Source of the DNA: an uncultured SAR86 cluster bacterium
GTDB taxonomy: Bacteria; Pseudomonadota; Gammaproteobacteria; Magnimaribacterales; AG-339-G14
DNA: 64,000 nucleotides
Assembly (NCBI GenBank): GCA_902625415.1
Contig: CACOBG010000003.1
Location: forward strand, 79,507 to 143,506
Direction: 5' to 3'
Positions 9,370 through 19,282 of this stretch are shown here, in pieces. Position numbers and translations under genes: made by a program. Within the stretch, counting starts at the first letter, position 1, and each line of letters opens with the position of its first letter. The notes beneath the pieces were generated by a model that saw nothing but the letters and a program-made list of their open reading frames with translations, searched no databases and had not been told where the DNA came from.

Positions 9370-10407
9370 TTGTCTAGATCAAACAAAACTTCCTATGCTG
9401 ATTCTGGAGTAAGCATAAAAAGGGGCGATAAATTAGTAGACATTATAAAACCTTTAGCCAAGACTACCTTCAGAAAAGAAATAATCGGCTCTATAGGGGG
9501 TTTTGCTGCTGCTTCTGTTCTGCCAAAAAAATACAAAAATCCCGTCTTGATAAGTTGTACCGATGGAGTGGGTACAAAAATTGAAATTGCTGATGCGATG
9601 AAAGTTTATGATTCAATTGGCATAGATTTAGTAGCAATGTGTGTGAATGATCTAATTACTTTACAAGCAGAGCCACTTTTTTTTCTAGATTACCTTGTTA
9701 CAGATAAAATAAATCTTAAAGTTTCAAAAGAAATAATTAAGGGAATTACAAAAGGTTGTAAGGATTCGCGGTGTTCTTTAATCGGTGGAGAGACAGCAGA
9801 ACATCCTAATGCTTTTCCTAAAGGTAAGTTTGACTTGGCAGGCTTTTGTGTTGGAGTTTTAGAGAAAAACTCAAAGAAACTTAAAAACCAAGTAAAAAAA
9901 GATGATGTTTTGATAGGTTTAAAATCTAATGGATTGCATTCCAATGGCTTTTCTTTGGTTAGAAAACTCATTGAAAAAAAGAAGATTAGATTAAATCAAA
10001 AATTCAAAGGATCTACTCTAGGAAAAGCTTTATTAAAGCCCACGAAAATCTATGTAAAAGAAATTTTATTCCTTAAAGATAAGATTCATTTAAATGCCTT
10101 AAGCCATATAACTGGAGGAGGACTTACGGGTAATTTAGAGAGAATAATTCCAAGTAGTCTTTCCGCAAATATTTCTATCGGATCGAAATATCCATTTCAT
10201 GATGACCTTTTTAGTTTAATTGAATCAGAATCGAATCTAACTAAAATGGAGATGCTATCAACATTTAACTGTGGCATTGGCATGATACTTTCGATAAGCA
10301 AAAGCAATTTAAAACAATGCAAGAATCATTTAAAAAAGTTAAAAATCTCATACTTTGAATTAGGTTTTATAGGTCCACGAAAATCAAATAAAAGAATCAT
10401 TTTTTGA
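9370..10407 (+). CDS. purM: Phosphoribosylformylglycinamidine cyclo-ligase
   Basis: SYADSGV, TDGVGTK, DLVAMCVND, GGETAE, HSNGFSL, HITGGG, TFNCGIG; TTG start. Confidence 0.97.
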   Translation: MSRSNKTSYADSGVSIKRGDKLVDIIKPLAKTTFRKEIIGSIGGFAAASVLPKKYKNPVLISCTDGVGTKIEIADAMKVYDSIGIDLVAMCVNDLITLQAEPLFFLDYLVTDKINLKVSKEIIKGITKGCKDSRCSLIGGETAEHPNAFPKGKFDLAGFCVGVLEKNSKKLKNQVKKDDVLIGLKSNGLHSNGFSLVRKLIEKKKIRLNQKFKGSTLGKALLKPTKIYVKEILFLKDKIHLNALSHITGGGLTGNLERIIPSSLSANISIGSKYPFHDDLFSLIESESNLTKMEMLSTFNCGIGMILSISKSNLKQCKNHLKKLKISYFELGFIGPRKSNKRIIF

Positions 10408-11055
10408 ATGAGCAAAAAATTATCCCTAGCAGTTCTCTTATCAGGAAATGGTACAAATTTTCAAGCAATAGTTGATAGTATTGAAAATGGTCGTTTAAAA
10501 GCTGCTATAAAAATTGTTATTTCGAATAATAAGGATGCTTTTGGTCTGCAAAGAGCAAAAAAACACAATATAAAAAATTTGTGTTTAGATCATAAAGATT
10601 TTGAGGACCGTAAGTCGTTTGATCAGAAACTTAAAGAATTAATAAAGCAAGAAAGTGTAGACTTTATAATTCTTGCAGGTTTTATGAGAATATTAGGGTC
10701 GAATTTTGTAAAGAATTTCCCTAACAAAATAATAAATATTCACCCTTCTCTTTTACCAAAATATCCAGGTCTTAATACTCATAGAAAAGTTCTTGAAAAC
10801 AAAGATAAAGAACATGGGGTTACGGTTCACCTCGTAGATGAGGGGCTAGATAGTGGTCCGATAATTGGCTACGTAAAAGTTAAAGTGAATGTTGAAGAAA
10901 AAGAAAACGATCTTATAGATAAAATTCATAAAATAGAACATTTTATTTATCCACAAATATTAACTGAACTTCAGGAAGGTAGAATATCCATAATCGATAA
11001 CAAAATAAAAATAGATGATGTCTATCATAAAGATGGTAAAGAATATTTTATTTAA
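10408..11055 (+). CDS. purN: Phosphoribosylglycinamide formyltransferase
   Basis: SGNGTNFQA, LAGFMRIL, NIHPSLLP, GVTVH...LDSGPI. Confidence 0.97.
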   Translation: MSKKLSLAVLLSGNGTNFQAIVDSIENGRLKAAIKIVISNNKDAFGLQRAKKHNIKNLCLDHKDFEDRKSFDQKLKELIKQESVDFIILAGFMRILGSNFVKNFPNKIINIHPSLLPKYPGLNTHRKVLENKDKEHGVTVHLVDEGLDSGPIIGYVKVKVNVEEKENDLIDKIHKIEHFIYPQILTELQEGRISIIDNKIKIDDVYHKDGKEYFI

Positions 11056-11692
11056 AGTACTATTTTGTTTTTTTTGTAATCAAATATTCTTATTTGATCT
11101 AAATCCTTATGAAAATTATTATTCATCAAAACCAGCTGGATCGGTAAAGGAAACATTAGAGAAAATATCTGAAAATAGTTGGAAAATTTCGTCCTTTGGT
11201 AAACACCCTCTTTTCACCATAAAACAAGAATCTATTTTTAGTATAGTTAATGGAAATGTTGTTTTGGAATCTGGATTAAGAAAGTTAGATGTTTTAGGAG
11301 GACTTAGAAAAGATCATCAGACCTATAAAGTTGAAAAAGAAGGTGATCAAAAAATTATTATCTATTCTTTCGGTAAAAAGAAAGGTTCAATTGAAATTGA
11401 AGAAAATTTTTACGATAACCTCACTCTTCAGATTCAAATTAAAATGAATTATCTTGAAAAGGACAAGTTTAAAATAAATTATTTCGACAAGGGAAAAATT
11501 AAAATAAAGTCTTTTTTCAACAAAAGAGAAGAAATTATTTATAAATCAAAACCTGTTGAAGTATTTGAGTTTACTGAGCAAAGAGAAGATAAAAGATACT
11601 TTAAATTTTTGATTCGAAACGATTCTGATAAAGAAACAATAAAGGTTTTCCAAGGCGGAAGAGGATTTAATGTTGATTGGGAATTAGATTGA
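11015..11692 (+). CDS. Exported beta-rich hypothetical protein (possibly DUF3108-like)
   Basis: Signal-like N-terminus, YD.LTLQ pattern, position downstream of purN; start uncertain (ATG at 11033 likely). Confidence 0.45.
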   Translation: MMSIIKMVKNILFKVLFCFFCNQIFLFDLNPYENYYSSKPAGSVKETLEKISENSWKISSFGKHPLFTIKQESIFSIVNGNVVLESGLRKLDVLGGLRKDHQTYKVEKEGDQKIIIYSFGKKKGSIEIEENFYDNLTLQIQIKMNYLEKDKFKINYFDKGKIKIKSFFNKREEIIYKSKPVEVFEFTEQREDKRYFKFLIRNDSDKETIKVFQGGRGFNVDWELD

Positions 11693-11693
11693 G

Positions 11694-12266
11694 TTAAGCC
11701 TTAGGAAGAGTTACTCCTTTTTGGCCTTGATATTTTCCACCTCTGTCTTTATAACTTACCTCACAAACTTCATCTGATTGAAAAAATAACATTTGAGCTA
11801 CGCCCTCATTTGCATAAATTTTTGCTGGAAGACTGGTTGTATTAGAAAATTCTAAAGTTACGTGCCCTTCCCATTCTGGTTCAAGAGGAGTTACATTTAC
11901 AATGATTCCACATCTTGCGTAGGTTGATTTACCAAGACAAATTGTAAGAACGTCTCTTGGAATTTTGAAATACTCAATCGTTCTTGCTAGAGCAAATGAA
12001 TTTGGAGGAATTATGCACTCATCTTGAATAACGTCAATAAAGCTAGAACTATCAAATTTTTTTGGATCAACTGTTGCTGAATGGATATTTGTGAATACTT
12101 TAAATTCATTTGCACACCTTACGTCATACCCATAACTGGAAAGCCCATAGGAAATTAATTTTTCATTATTTTCTTCATTGGTTTTAACTTGGTTAGTTTG
12201 AAAAGGAGAAATCATGTCATTTTCTAGAGACATTTTTTTTATCCAGTTATCTGATTTGATAGACAT
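11694..12266 (-). CDS. dcd: dCTP deaminase
   Basis: [39 protein letters not shown]. Confidence 0.97.
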   Translation of the reverse strand: MSIKSDNWIKKMSLENDMISPFQTNQVKTNEENNEKLISYGLSSYGYDVRCANEFKVFTNIHSATVDPKKFDSSSFIDVIQDECIIPPNSFALARTIEYFKIPRDVLTICLGKSTYARCGIIVNVTPLEPEWEGHVTLEFSNTTSLPAKIYANEGVAQMLFFQSDEVCEVSYKDRGGKYQGQKGVTLPKA

Positions 12267-12270
12267 GGTT

Positions 12271-12870
12271 CTATTTTAATTCAGTTCTAAAGGAAATTGC
12301 TCTTCTAAGAGTATTGTTATCAACATAGTTTAAGTCTCCACCCGCCGGAACTCCCTGTGCGATTCTTGTAACAGTAACATCTTTCTTTTTTAATTTTTCC
12401 AATAAAAAATAAGCAGTGGCCTCACCTTCCAGTGTTGAATTCAATGCAAGAATGACCTCTTCTGAATTGAATTCCTCTATGAGATCTAATAATTTTTCTA
12501 TTCTTAGTTCTTCTGCACCAATATTATCAATTGGAGAAAGAAGACCGTTAAGAACGAAATACCTACCATCAAATTCAGATGTTTCTTCAATTGAGTAAAG
12601 ATCTGAAGTTGATTCTACAACACATATTGAATTGTTATTTCTATTCGCAGAGTTACAAATTTCACAAAGCTCTTGATCATTTAAAACATAGCATTTTTGG
12701 CATAATTGAATATTTAAAATTGCATCCTCGATAGATTTGGAAAGCAATAAACCAATTTCCTTATTTGAACTCAATAATGAAAGAGCCATTCTTTTAGCTG
12801 ATTTTGGACCAATTCCAGGAAGAGATTTTAATGAATCAATTAATTCAGAAATTTTAGGACTAAGTTTCAT
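12271..12870 (-). CDS. recR: Recombination mediator RecR
   Basis: [10 protein letters not shown] HhH, C4 zinc finger (CQKC...CEIC), CVVE, EGEATA TOPRIM. Confidence 0.96.
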   Translation of the reverse strand: MKLSPKISELIDSLKSLPGIGPKSAKRMALSLLSSNKEIGLLLSKSIEDAILNIQLCQKCYVLNDQELCEICNSANRNNNSICVVESTSDLYSIEETSEFDGRYFVLNGLLSPIDNIGAEELRIEKLLDLIEEFNSEEVILALNSTLEGEATAYFLLEKLKKKDVTVTRIAQGVPAGGDLNYVDNNTLRRAISFRTELK

Positions 12871-14341
12871 TTTTTTTATTAAATTTTACAGATTCAACTT
12901 TTAGTCCACCCATGATTTCATTGAAGTTTTTATCTTTTTCCATGGTTTTTTTTATATTTTTTCTAATTCCTTTATCTTTATTTTTTTTCTCATATTCCGG
13001 TGTAAGTTTTGAATCAACATCATCATCGTAGGTGAAAACTAGTTCCTTTTTTAGATAATCTGCAAAGCTTTTTTCAATATCTTTTTTTTGGTCTTCATTA
13101 ATTATAGAAAGAACGTTTTTTGGAAAAGATAGTTTTAAATTATTTTCTTGTTGAATAACACTGGCTTGTTTGAGTAGATTTTTTGATATGCCATTTAGAT
13201 TTAAATCAGAAAATATTCTTGGCCAATGTATTTCAAAGGCATCTTGTTTTTTAATTTTTAAAGAATTTTTTTTTTGATTTTCAGGAGAAAAGGCAATCAT
13301 TTTTAGTAAGGTCATTTTAAGTATTGAAAACGAATCGTAGCCCAAACTAAAGTGCTTTAAATTGGAAAGTCCTAACTGATAAAGAAACTGCAGTTTACCA
13401 GGGTCGGTTTTTAAAAAATGATCGATATCATTTTTGGATCCTTTTTTTTCAAACTGACTAATTGCAATGTCTTGAATTAAATCCATTAAAGACTTTAATA
13501 AAAATTCATGATCTTCATATTCTCCATAATTTTCAAGAATTGATAGAGTCTCCGTTACATCTTCATCTAAAATTGATTTCAAAAGATTAGCAATAATTTC
13601 AGGTTCTGGAATTCCCAAAACATCTCTAACTTCAGTCTCTTTAAGGTTTCTATTGCAAAAGGATATTACTTTTTCAGAAATAGATAGAGCATCTCTAATA
13701 CTTCCTTGTGCAGCTTCGGCAATAAGCTTCAAGGAATTTTCATCGTATTTTATTTTTTCTTTTGAAAAAATTTCTCCCAATTGATCTGAAATTACATTTA
13801 TAGAGACAGAACTTAAATTTACTTGCAGGCATCTAGAAATTATTGTGGGTAGAATCTTTTTATATTCTGTAGTTGCAAACATAAATATGACATGGGGAGG
13901 TGGTTCTTCTAAGTTTTTCAGTAAAGCATTAAAACTCTCAGGGGTTAGCATATGAACTTCATCAATCAAATAGATTTTATATTTTGATGATGAGGGCAAA
14001 TATGAAATAGTTTCTAAAAGATTTTTAGTATCTTCGATACCTCTTCTGGATGCCGCATCAATCTCAATAAAGTCAATCGTAGCTCCTTCATTTATGGATG
14101 TACATGATTCACAAGCATTACAAGGCTCTGAGTTATCAATTAAGTCAGAACAATTAAGTGCTTTTGCTAAGATTCTAGCAATAGATGTTTTTCCGATACC
14201 TCGGGTACCTGTAAATAAATATGCGTGGTGAATGTTTTTTGAAGACACAGAATTTTTTAAAGCTGCAACTGCATGATCTTGGCCAACAACTTCTGAAAAA
14301 TTAGATGGTCTCCATTTTCTTGCCAATACTAAATAACTCAT
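12860..14341 (-). CDS. dnaX: DNA polymerase III subunit tau/gamma
   Basis: LARKWRP, GTRGIGKTS, zinc cysteines, IDEVHML, SRC; short C-terminal domain-V-like region. Confidence 0.96.
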   Translation of the reverse strand: MSYLVLARKWRPSNFSEVVGQDHAVAALKNSVSSKNIHHAYLFTGTRGIGKTSIARILAKALNCSDLIDNSEPCNACESCTSINEGATIDFIEIDAASRRGIEDTKNLLETISYLPSSSKYKIYLIDEVHMLTPESFNALLKNLEEPPPHVIFMFATTEYKKILPTIISRCLQVNLSSVSINVISDQLGEIFSKEKIKYDENSLKLIAEAAQGSIRDALSISEKVISFCNRNLKETEVRDVLGIPEPEIIANLLKSILDEDVTETLSILENYGEYEDHEFLLKSLMDLIQDIAISQFEKKGSKNDIDHFLKTDPGKLQFLYQLGLSNLKHFSLGYDSFSILKMTLLKMIAFSPENQKKNSLKIKKQDAFEIHWPRIFSDLNLNGISKNLLKQASVIQQENNLKLSFPKNVLSIINEDQKKDIEKSFADYLKKELVFTYDDDVDSKLTPEYEKKNKDKGIRKNIKKTMEKDKNFNEIMGGLKVESVKFNKKNET

Positions 14342-14793
14342 TATTTAAATAATTGGTTTATTTGATCAAATTCAAAACCTCTTTGTAAGAGAAATTTTTT
14401 TGCACGAGAAATATCTTCTTCAGCAAAGTTATCAACTGTAAATTTTTTTCTAAACTCTTTTTTAATAATTTCCGTCCAGTTTATTTCATCAGAATACACT
14501 ATCTTGCTTATGAGGTTTTCACTTATTCCTCTAGATTTAAGCTCATGAGAAATCTTTTCAGGGCCAAAACCCTTTACACTTCTTGACCGAGTATAAGATT
14601 CAGCGAATCTCTCATCTGACTGCAGATTTTCTTCTTTTAACTTTGTTAACTCTTCAAAAAGCTTTTCTTCTGAATCTACCCTATCCTTTAATTTATTGAT
14701 TAATTCTTTAAAGGAATGTTCTCTCCTGGATAAAAGATCTAGTATCTTAAATCTAATCTTATCTTCTGTGATAAATGTTTTTTTAAATCCCAA
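14341..14793 (-). CDS. recX: Regulatory protein RecX
   Basis: LLSRREHS..EL, QSDERFAE, GP.KI..EL..RGI, FLLQRGF. Confidence 0.92.
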   Translation of the reverse strand: MGFKKTFITEDKIRFKILDLLSRREHSFKELINKLKDRVDSEEKLFEELTKLKEENLQSDERFAESYTRSRSVKGFGPEKISHELKSRGISENLISKIVYSDEINWTEIIKKEFRKKFTVDNFAEEDISRAKKFLLQRGFEFDQINQLFK

Positions 14794-16066
14794 GAGCCTT
14801 ATAAACCAATTTTTCTACCTTATTATTTATCCTTGGACTTCCCAAAACCTGTGACATGTTCACAAAAACCAAATCATTTTCAGGATCTACCCAAAATAAA
14901 GTTCTAGCTGCGCCTCCCCAAAAATAAGAATTATCTCCTCTTTTCATTCTCATTTTTTTTGAATTTAAAGCAACTCCAACAGTAACTCCAAAACCAAAAG
15001 CATCGAACTTGTATGGTTTAGCTTTTTTCTCAACTTGATTGGAAGTCATTATCTCCACAGTTTCTGGATTTAAAATCCTCTTTCCATTAAAAGAACCTTT
15101 GTTTAAAAGCATTGTTGCAAATTTAAGATAATCTTTAGCAGTAGATACCAATCCAGATCCGCCATCCTCTATAGAAGCACCCTGAAAAAAGAAACTATCT
15201 TCTTTGGGATCTAGAAGTATTAATTTATTTTTTTGGCCTACAATTGAATCTGGAATATCCACACCGTATTCTTTAAAACCTTTCTTGTGGGCATATAGAT
15301 CAATCATTCTAGTTTGCTTTGAACCAGGAACCTCAAAAAATGTATCTTTCATTTCTAAAGGGTCAAAGATATTTTTCTTAAGAAAATCTCCAAAAGATTG
15401 ATTGGATACCCTTTCAATTATGCATCCAAGAATGTCCATGCCAATAGAGTAAGTCCATTTTTCTCCCGGTTGATGAACCAGAGGTAATGTGGCGACCTTC
15501 TCAGAAAAAGTACAAATATCTGGGTAACTTTTTTTGGCAGGTCTTTCTAACGAAACGTTATCCAAGAAGTAATAAGGATAAATTTTTTCTTGGTCATAAA
15601 TTTCTTTTATCTTTCCTTTGTCAACGAATGAATATGTTAAACCAGAAGAATGAGTTGCTAAATCCAACAAAGTTATAGACCTGTCTAGATTTTCTAATTG
15701 TTTGGTTTTTTTATTAAGAACTTTTGTTTTTTTGAACTCAGGGATATATTTTTCTACAGGATCTGAAAGAGATAGTTTTCCTTGTTCAACCAAAACCATC
15801 AATGCAGCGCCTGTAATAGGCTTTGTCATGGAGTAAATTCTAAAAAGAGAGTCCTCTTTCAAAGGAATTTGTTCTTCAATATCAGAAAAACCTCTTGTAT
15901 CAGAAAAAATTATTTCTCCATTTTGATAAATTAAAGTTACAAATCCAGGATAGTTGCCTTTATTTATCTCTTTAGTTAAATATTTGGTGTATCCGGAGAA
16001 GTCATAATCTGCGGAAAAACTAAAAATTGAGAAAGATAAAAGACTTAAGTAAAAATATTTTTTCAA
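14783..16066 (-). CDS. Serine hydrolase, beta-lactamase/esterase family VIII, exported
   Basis: Signal peptide; FRIYSMTK (SxxK), THSSGL, PGEKWTYS, WGGA. Confidence 0.85.
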   Translation of the reverse strand: MKKYFYLSLLSFSIFSFSADYDFSGYTKYLTKEINKGNYPGFVTLIYQNGEIIFSDTRGFSDIEEQIPLKEDSLFRIYSMTKPITGAALMVLVEQGKLSLSDPVEKYIPEFKKTKVLNKKTKQLENLDRSITLLDLATHSSGLTYSFVDKGKIKEIYDQEKIYPYYFLDNVSLERPAKKSYPDICTFSEKVATLPLVHQPGEKWTYSIGMDILGCIIERVSNQSFGDFLKKNIFDPLEMKDTFFEVPGSKQTRMIDLYAHKKGFKEYGVDIPDSIVGQKNKLILLDPKEDSFFFQGASIEDGGSGLVSTAKDYLKFATMLLNKGSFNGKRILNPETVEIMTSNQVEKKAKPYKFDAFGFGVTVGVALNSKKMRMKRGDNSYFWGGAARTLFWVDPENDLVFVNMSQVLGSPRINNKVEKLVYKALGI

Positions 16067-16079
16067 AGTTGAACCTCAG

Positions 16080-16799
16080 TTAATCGATGGTGTAAGTATT
16101 AAATAATAAACTATTTGCAGAGTAATTTTCATATTCTTCACAAGCATTTTGCAGTCCATTTTTTTTTATGAGATTAAGATCATTCATAACAAAATTTGTT
16201 TCTAGATAAATCAAAAAATTAAAATCTATCATGTTGAAATCAGGAGTAAGAACAACTTGGTTATAGGGTTTGTCTACAAAAATAGAATTTCTCTTCATCT
16301 CTGACATTAAGTAATTTAAATTAAATCCGTCTTTTAGTTGGCAAAATCCTACATAAGTCTGATCACCATCTAAAAAAACATGTTTATTCGTAACTTTAGT
16401 TTCATAAAATGTCTGTTTTTGAGAATCACAGATAATTATTTCATCTTTACTACTCAACCAATTTTTGTGAATTTCAGAGTTTTCTGCAAATTCATAAAAC
16501 GCTTTCTTTTCCAATTCATTTTCAAAAATATCTAACCAAGAAAAATCATATTTTTTTTGCTTGAAAGATGGATCCAAGTATTTTGTTTCTTTATAAAGTC
16601 CATGTTGATCCTTAAGATTTTTTAAGAATCCTAAATAAGATATTAATTCATTATTCAAATCTTGAGCTTTAAAACCATCCTTATAACTACACCAGGAAAA
16701 TTCATAAATTTTTTTGTCTTGCATTGAAATATTTTCATTTTGTTGGGAACAGCCAAAAAGGATTAATAAAAACAAGCAAAAAACTACTATCGGCTTCAT
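16080..16799 (-). CDS. Hypothetical lipoprotein with two internal repeats
   Basis: LILFGC lipobox; repeats CSYKDGF...YDFSWL...C and CQLKDGF...FNFLIY...C. Confidence 0.6.
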   Translation of the reverse strand: MKPIVVFCLFLLILFGCSQQNENISMQDKKIYEFSWCSYKDGFKAQDLNNELISYLGFLKNLKDQHGLYKETKYLDPSFKQKKYDFSWLDIFENELEKKAFYEFAENSEIHKNWLSSKDEIIICDSQKQTFYETKVTNKHVFLDGDQTYVGFCQLKDGFNLNYLMSEMKRNSIFVDKPYNQVVLTPDFNMIDFNFLIYLETNFVMNDLNLIKKNGLQNACEEYENYSANSLLFNTYTID

Positions 16800-17629
16800 G
16801 AAATATTAAGAGAAAAATCTATAGATTTAATATTTTTTGTGAGATCTCCTAAGGAAATGTAATGAATAGGAAGGTCTTTATATTTTTTAATGTCTTCAGG
16901 CTTCTTTATTCCGGAAACTTCAATCAGACATTTATTGTTGATTAGAGAAATTGCCTTTTTTATTTCGCTAAGATTTAAGTTATCCAGCAATAAAATATCC
17001 GGTTTGCTTTTCAATGCTGTCTTGATTTGAGAAAGCTTTTCGATTTCAATCTCTAAAAAATCTCCCCTTTTTAAAAATTTAATGTTTTTTATTTTTCTAA
17101 TACCGCCAAATGCTTTTAGGTGATTATCTTTAAGCATAATTGCATCAAAAAGACCAAATCTATGATTTTTAGCTCCTCCAACAAAGGTTGAATACTTCTG
17201 TTCGTATCTGAGTCCGGGAAGAGTTTTTCTGGTATCTAATAATTCGATATTGCTGTTTTTAAGAAGTTTTGAATATTTGTTCGTTTTGCTAGCTATCCCA
17301 GACATCATCTGTAAAAAATTTAAGGCTGTCCTCTCTCCTGAAAGAACTGATTTTGAGCTAGCATTTATTTCAGCAATTATATTATCTTTTTTGAAGGCCT
17401 CCCCTTCTGCTACGTTCCATTTTATTTTTGCTTTCTTATCAATTTGCTTGAAGGATTCTTCAAACCAAAGACTACCACTTAAGATTCCATTTTCCCTGGA
17501 TATAAGGGACGCTTTTAAAATATTCTTATGATTGATGTTTTTTGCCTTCAGAGAAAGATCGTTTTTATAGCCATCTTCAAGTAGAGCTCTCTTTACACTA
17601 GTACTGACTATAGTTTTTTTTAATTTCAA
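16796..17629 (-). CDS. nadC: Quinolinate phosphoribosyltransferase (decarboxylating)
   Basis: ERTALNFLQ.MSGIA, DTRKTLPG.R, NHRFGL.D..MLKDNH, LLDN. Confidence 0.95.
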   Translation of the reverse strand: MKLKKTIVSTSVKRALLEDGYKNDLSLKAKNINHKNILKASLISRENGILSGSLWFEESFKQIDKKAKIKWNVAEGEAFKKDNIIAEINASSKSVLSGERTALNFLQMMSGIASKTNKYSKLLKNSNIELLDTRKTLPGLRYEQKYSTFVGGAKNHRFGLFDAIMLKDNHLKAFGGIRKIKNIKFLKRGDFLEIEIEKLSQIKTALKSKPDILLLDNLNLSEIKKAISLINNKCLIEVSGIKKPEDIKKYKDLPIHYISLGDLTKNIKSIDFSLNIS

Positions 17630-17630
17630 T

Positions 17631-18668
17631 TTATTTGAAGTTGACCATTCTGTCTAAAGAAATCTTTGCTTCTTTCATTATTTTTTCATCCAAAGAAATT
17701 TCATTTGTTTTATTTTTAACAGCATCATATAAATTCATAATCGAATTCATACCCATCCAAGGACACATGGAACAACTATTACAAGTTGCGCCATTTCCAG
17801 CAGTTGGAGCTTCATAAAATTCTTTTTCTGGATTATTTTTTAAAAGCTGGTAAAAAATACCTTTGTCTGTAGCAACAATAAATTTTTTTGCTTTGGATAA
17901 ATTTGCATAATTTATCAATTGGGACGTAGATCCAACACTGTCCGCTAGATCAACTACGGATGATGGTGATTCTGGATGAACTAGGATTTCTGCATCAGGA
18001 TGAAGTTTTATTAGTTTCTTTAATCCTTCGTGTTTAAACTCCTCATGGACAACACATGCTCCGTCCCACATGATCATGTCTGCTTTTGTTTTATTTCTTA
18101 TATAACTACCAAGATGTTTATCTGGAGCCCATAAAATCTTTTTACCTTCTGAATCTAAGTAGTCTACAACTTCAAGAGCAATGCTAGAGGTGACTACCCA
18201 ATCTGCTATAGCTTTAACCTCAGCCGAGGTATTGGCGTAAACAACTATTTCTCTATCAGGATAAGATTCACAGAATTTTTTAAAATCGTCAGCTGGACAG
18301 CCTAAATCTAAGGAGCATGTTGCTTCCAGTGTCGGCATTATGATTTTTTTTTCTGGGCTCAAAATTTTAGCTGTTTCTCCCATAAACTTTACTCCAGAAA
18401 CAATAATTGTTTCCGAATCAGATGAAGATCCTGCTTTTGCCATTTGTAACGAGTCAGAAACACATCCGTTTAATTCTTCTGTAATTTTTTGGATTTTTGG
18501 ATCAGTATAATAGTGAGAAATAAGATAGATGTTTTCTTCTAAAACTATTTTTTTTATTTTTTCAATAATACTTTCTTCAGAAAAAGCTCTTTCTGAATTG
18601 CTTAATATTTTCTGCTTATGTTTCTTAAGCAGACTTTTTGGAACTAGGTTAATATTTGAAGATTCCAT
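17631..18668 (-). CDS. nadA: Quinolinate synthase
   Basis: [38 protein letters not shown]. Confidence 0.96.
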   Translation of the reverse strand: MESSNINLVPKSLLKKHKQKILSNSERAFSEESIIEKIKKIVLEENIYLISHYYTDPKIQKITEELNGCVSDSLQMAKAGSSSDSETIIVSGVKFMGETAKILSPEKKIIMPTLEATCSLDLGCPADDFKKFCESYPDREIVVYANTSAEVKAIADWVVTSSIALEVVDYLDSEGKKILWAPDKHLGSYIRNKTKADMIMWDGACVVHEEFKHEGLKKLIKLHPDAEILVHPESPSSVVDLADSVGSTSQLINYANLSKAKKFIVATDKGIFYQLLKNNPEKEFYEAPTAGNGATCNSCSMCPWMGMNSIMNLYDAVKNKTNEISLDEKIMKEAKISLDRMVNFK

Positions 18669-18724
18669 ATATTTTTTTATGTAAGAGTGATTTTAATGAA
18701 TATAAGCAATTTATTGAAATAAAA

Positions 18725-19282
18725 ATGATTACTGAACTAGAAAATAGTTTCTTATATTTTTGTCAAACTGATGATGAAGAAAACTACTTTAAAAATGCTT
18801 TAATTTACTTATGTAAGAATGATAAAGAAGGTTCATTTGGAATTATAATAAATAAGAAAGTAAAAATTAATTTAAAAGATTTTGCCTTACAACCCGATAA
18901 AGAACTTGAATCAATTCTTAATGCCGATAAGGTATTTTTAGGAGGTCCTGTTACCCCTTTTTCACCATTTGTTCTTCATAGTTTAGAAAAAAAATACGAT
19001 GAAACTCATGCAATTACCACTGAAATCGGTATTTCTTCAAAGCCAGATATAATCCAATCAATTCTCAATAAAAATTTTCCTGAAAAGTTTTTAGTTTCAT
19101 TTGGATATACTGGATGGAGTTCTGGACAACTTGAAAAAGAAATCCAACAGGGTTCTTGGGTAATAATTCCTGCTAATGAGCAAATAATCTTTTCAACTAA
19201 GAGTGATAATAAAATTGAAGAGGCGAGTAAACTTGCGGGTTTTAATCTTAATTTAGTAAGTAGTAATTATGGCAAGGCTTAG
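18725..19282 (+). CDS. YqgE/AlgH family protein
   Basis: G..IN, LGGPV, GYTGWSSGQLEKEI...W, C-terminal GKA. Start moved to ATG 18725 because the longer TTG frame overlaps nadA. Confidence 0.85.
   Translation: MITELENSFLYFCQTDDEENYFKNALIYLCKNDKEGSFGIIINKKVKINLKDFALQPDKELESILNADKVFLGGPVTPFSPFVLHSLEKKYDETHAITTEIGISSKPDIIQSILNKNFPEKFLVSFGYTGWSSGQLEKEIQQGSWVIIPANEQIIFSTKSDNKIEEASKLAGFNLNLVSSNYGKA

Noticed and set aside
14783-16066. Possible beta-lactam resistance gene
   Set aside because: It has SxxK but YSI and WGG in place of the class C YxN and KTG motifs, typical of family VIII esterases
18656-18724. N-terminal extension of the YqgE ORF overlapping nadA (similar extensions at 58377-58415 and 44958-44990)
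   Set aside because: These are longest-ORF artefacts; downstream ATGs match the family N-termini
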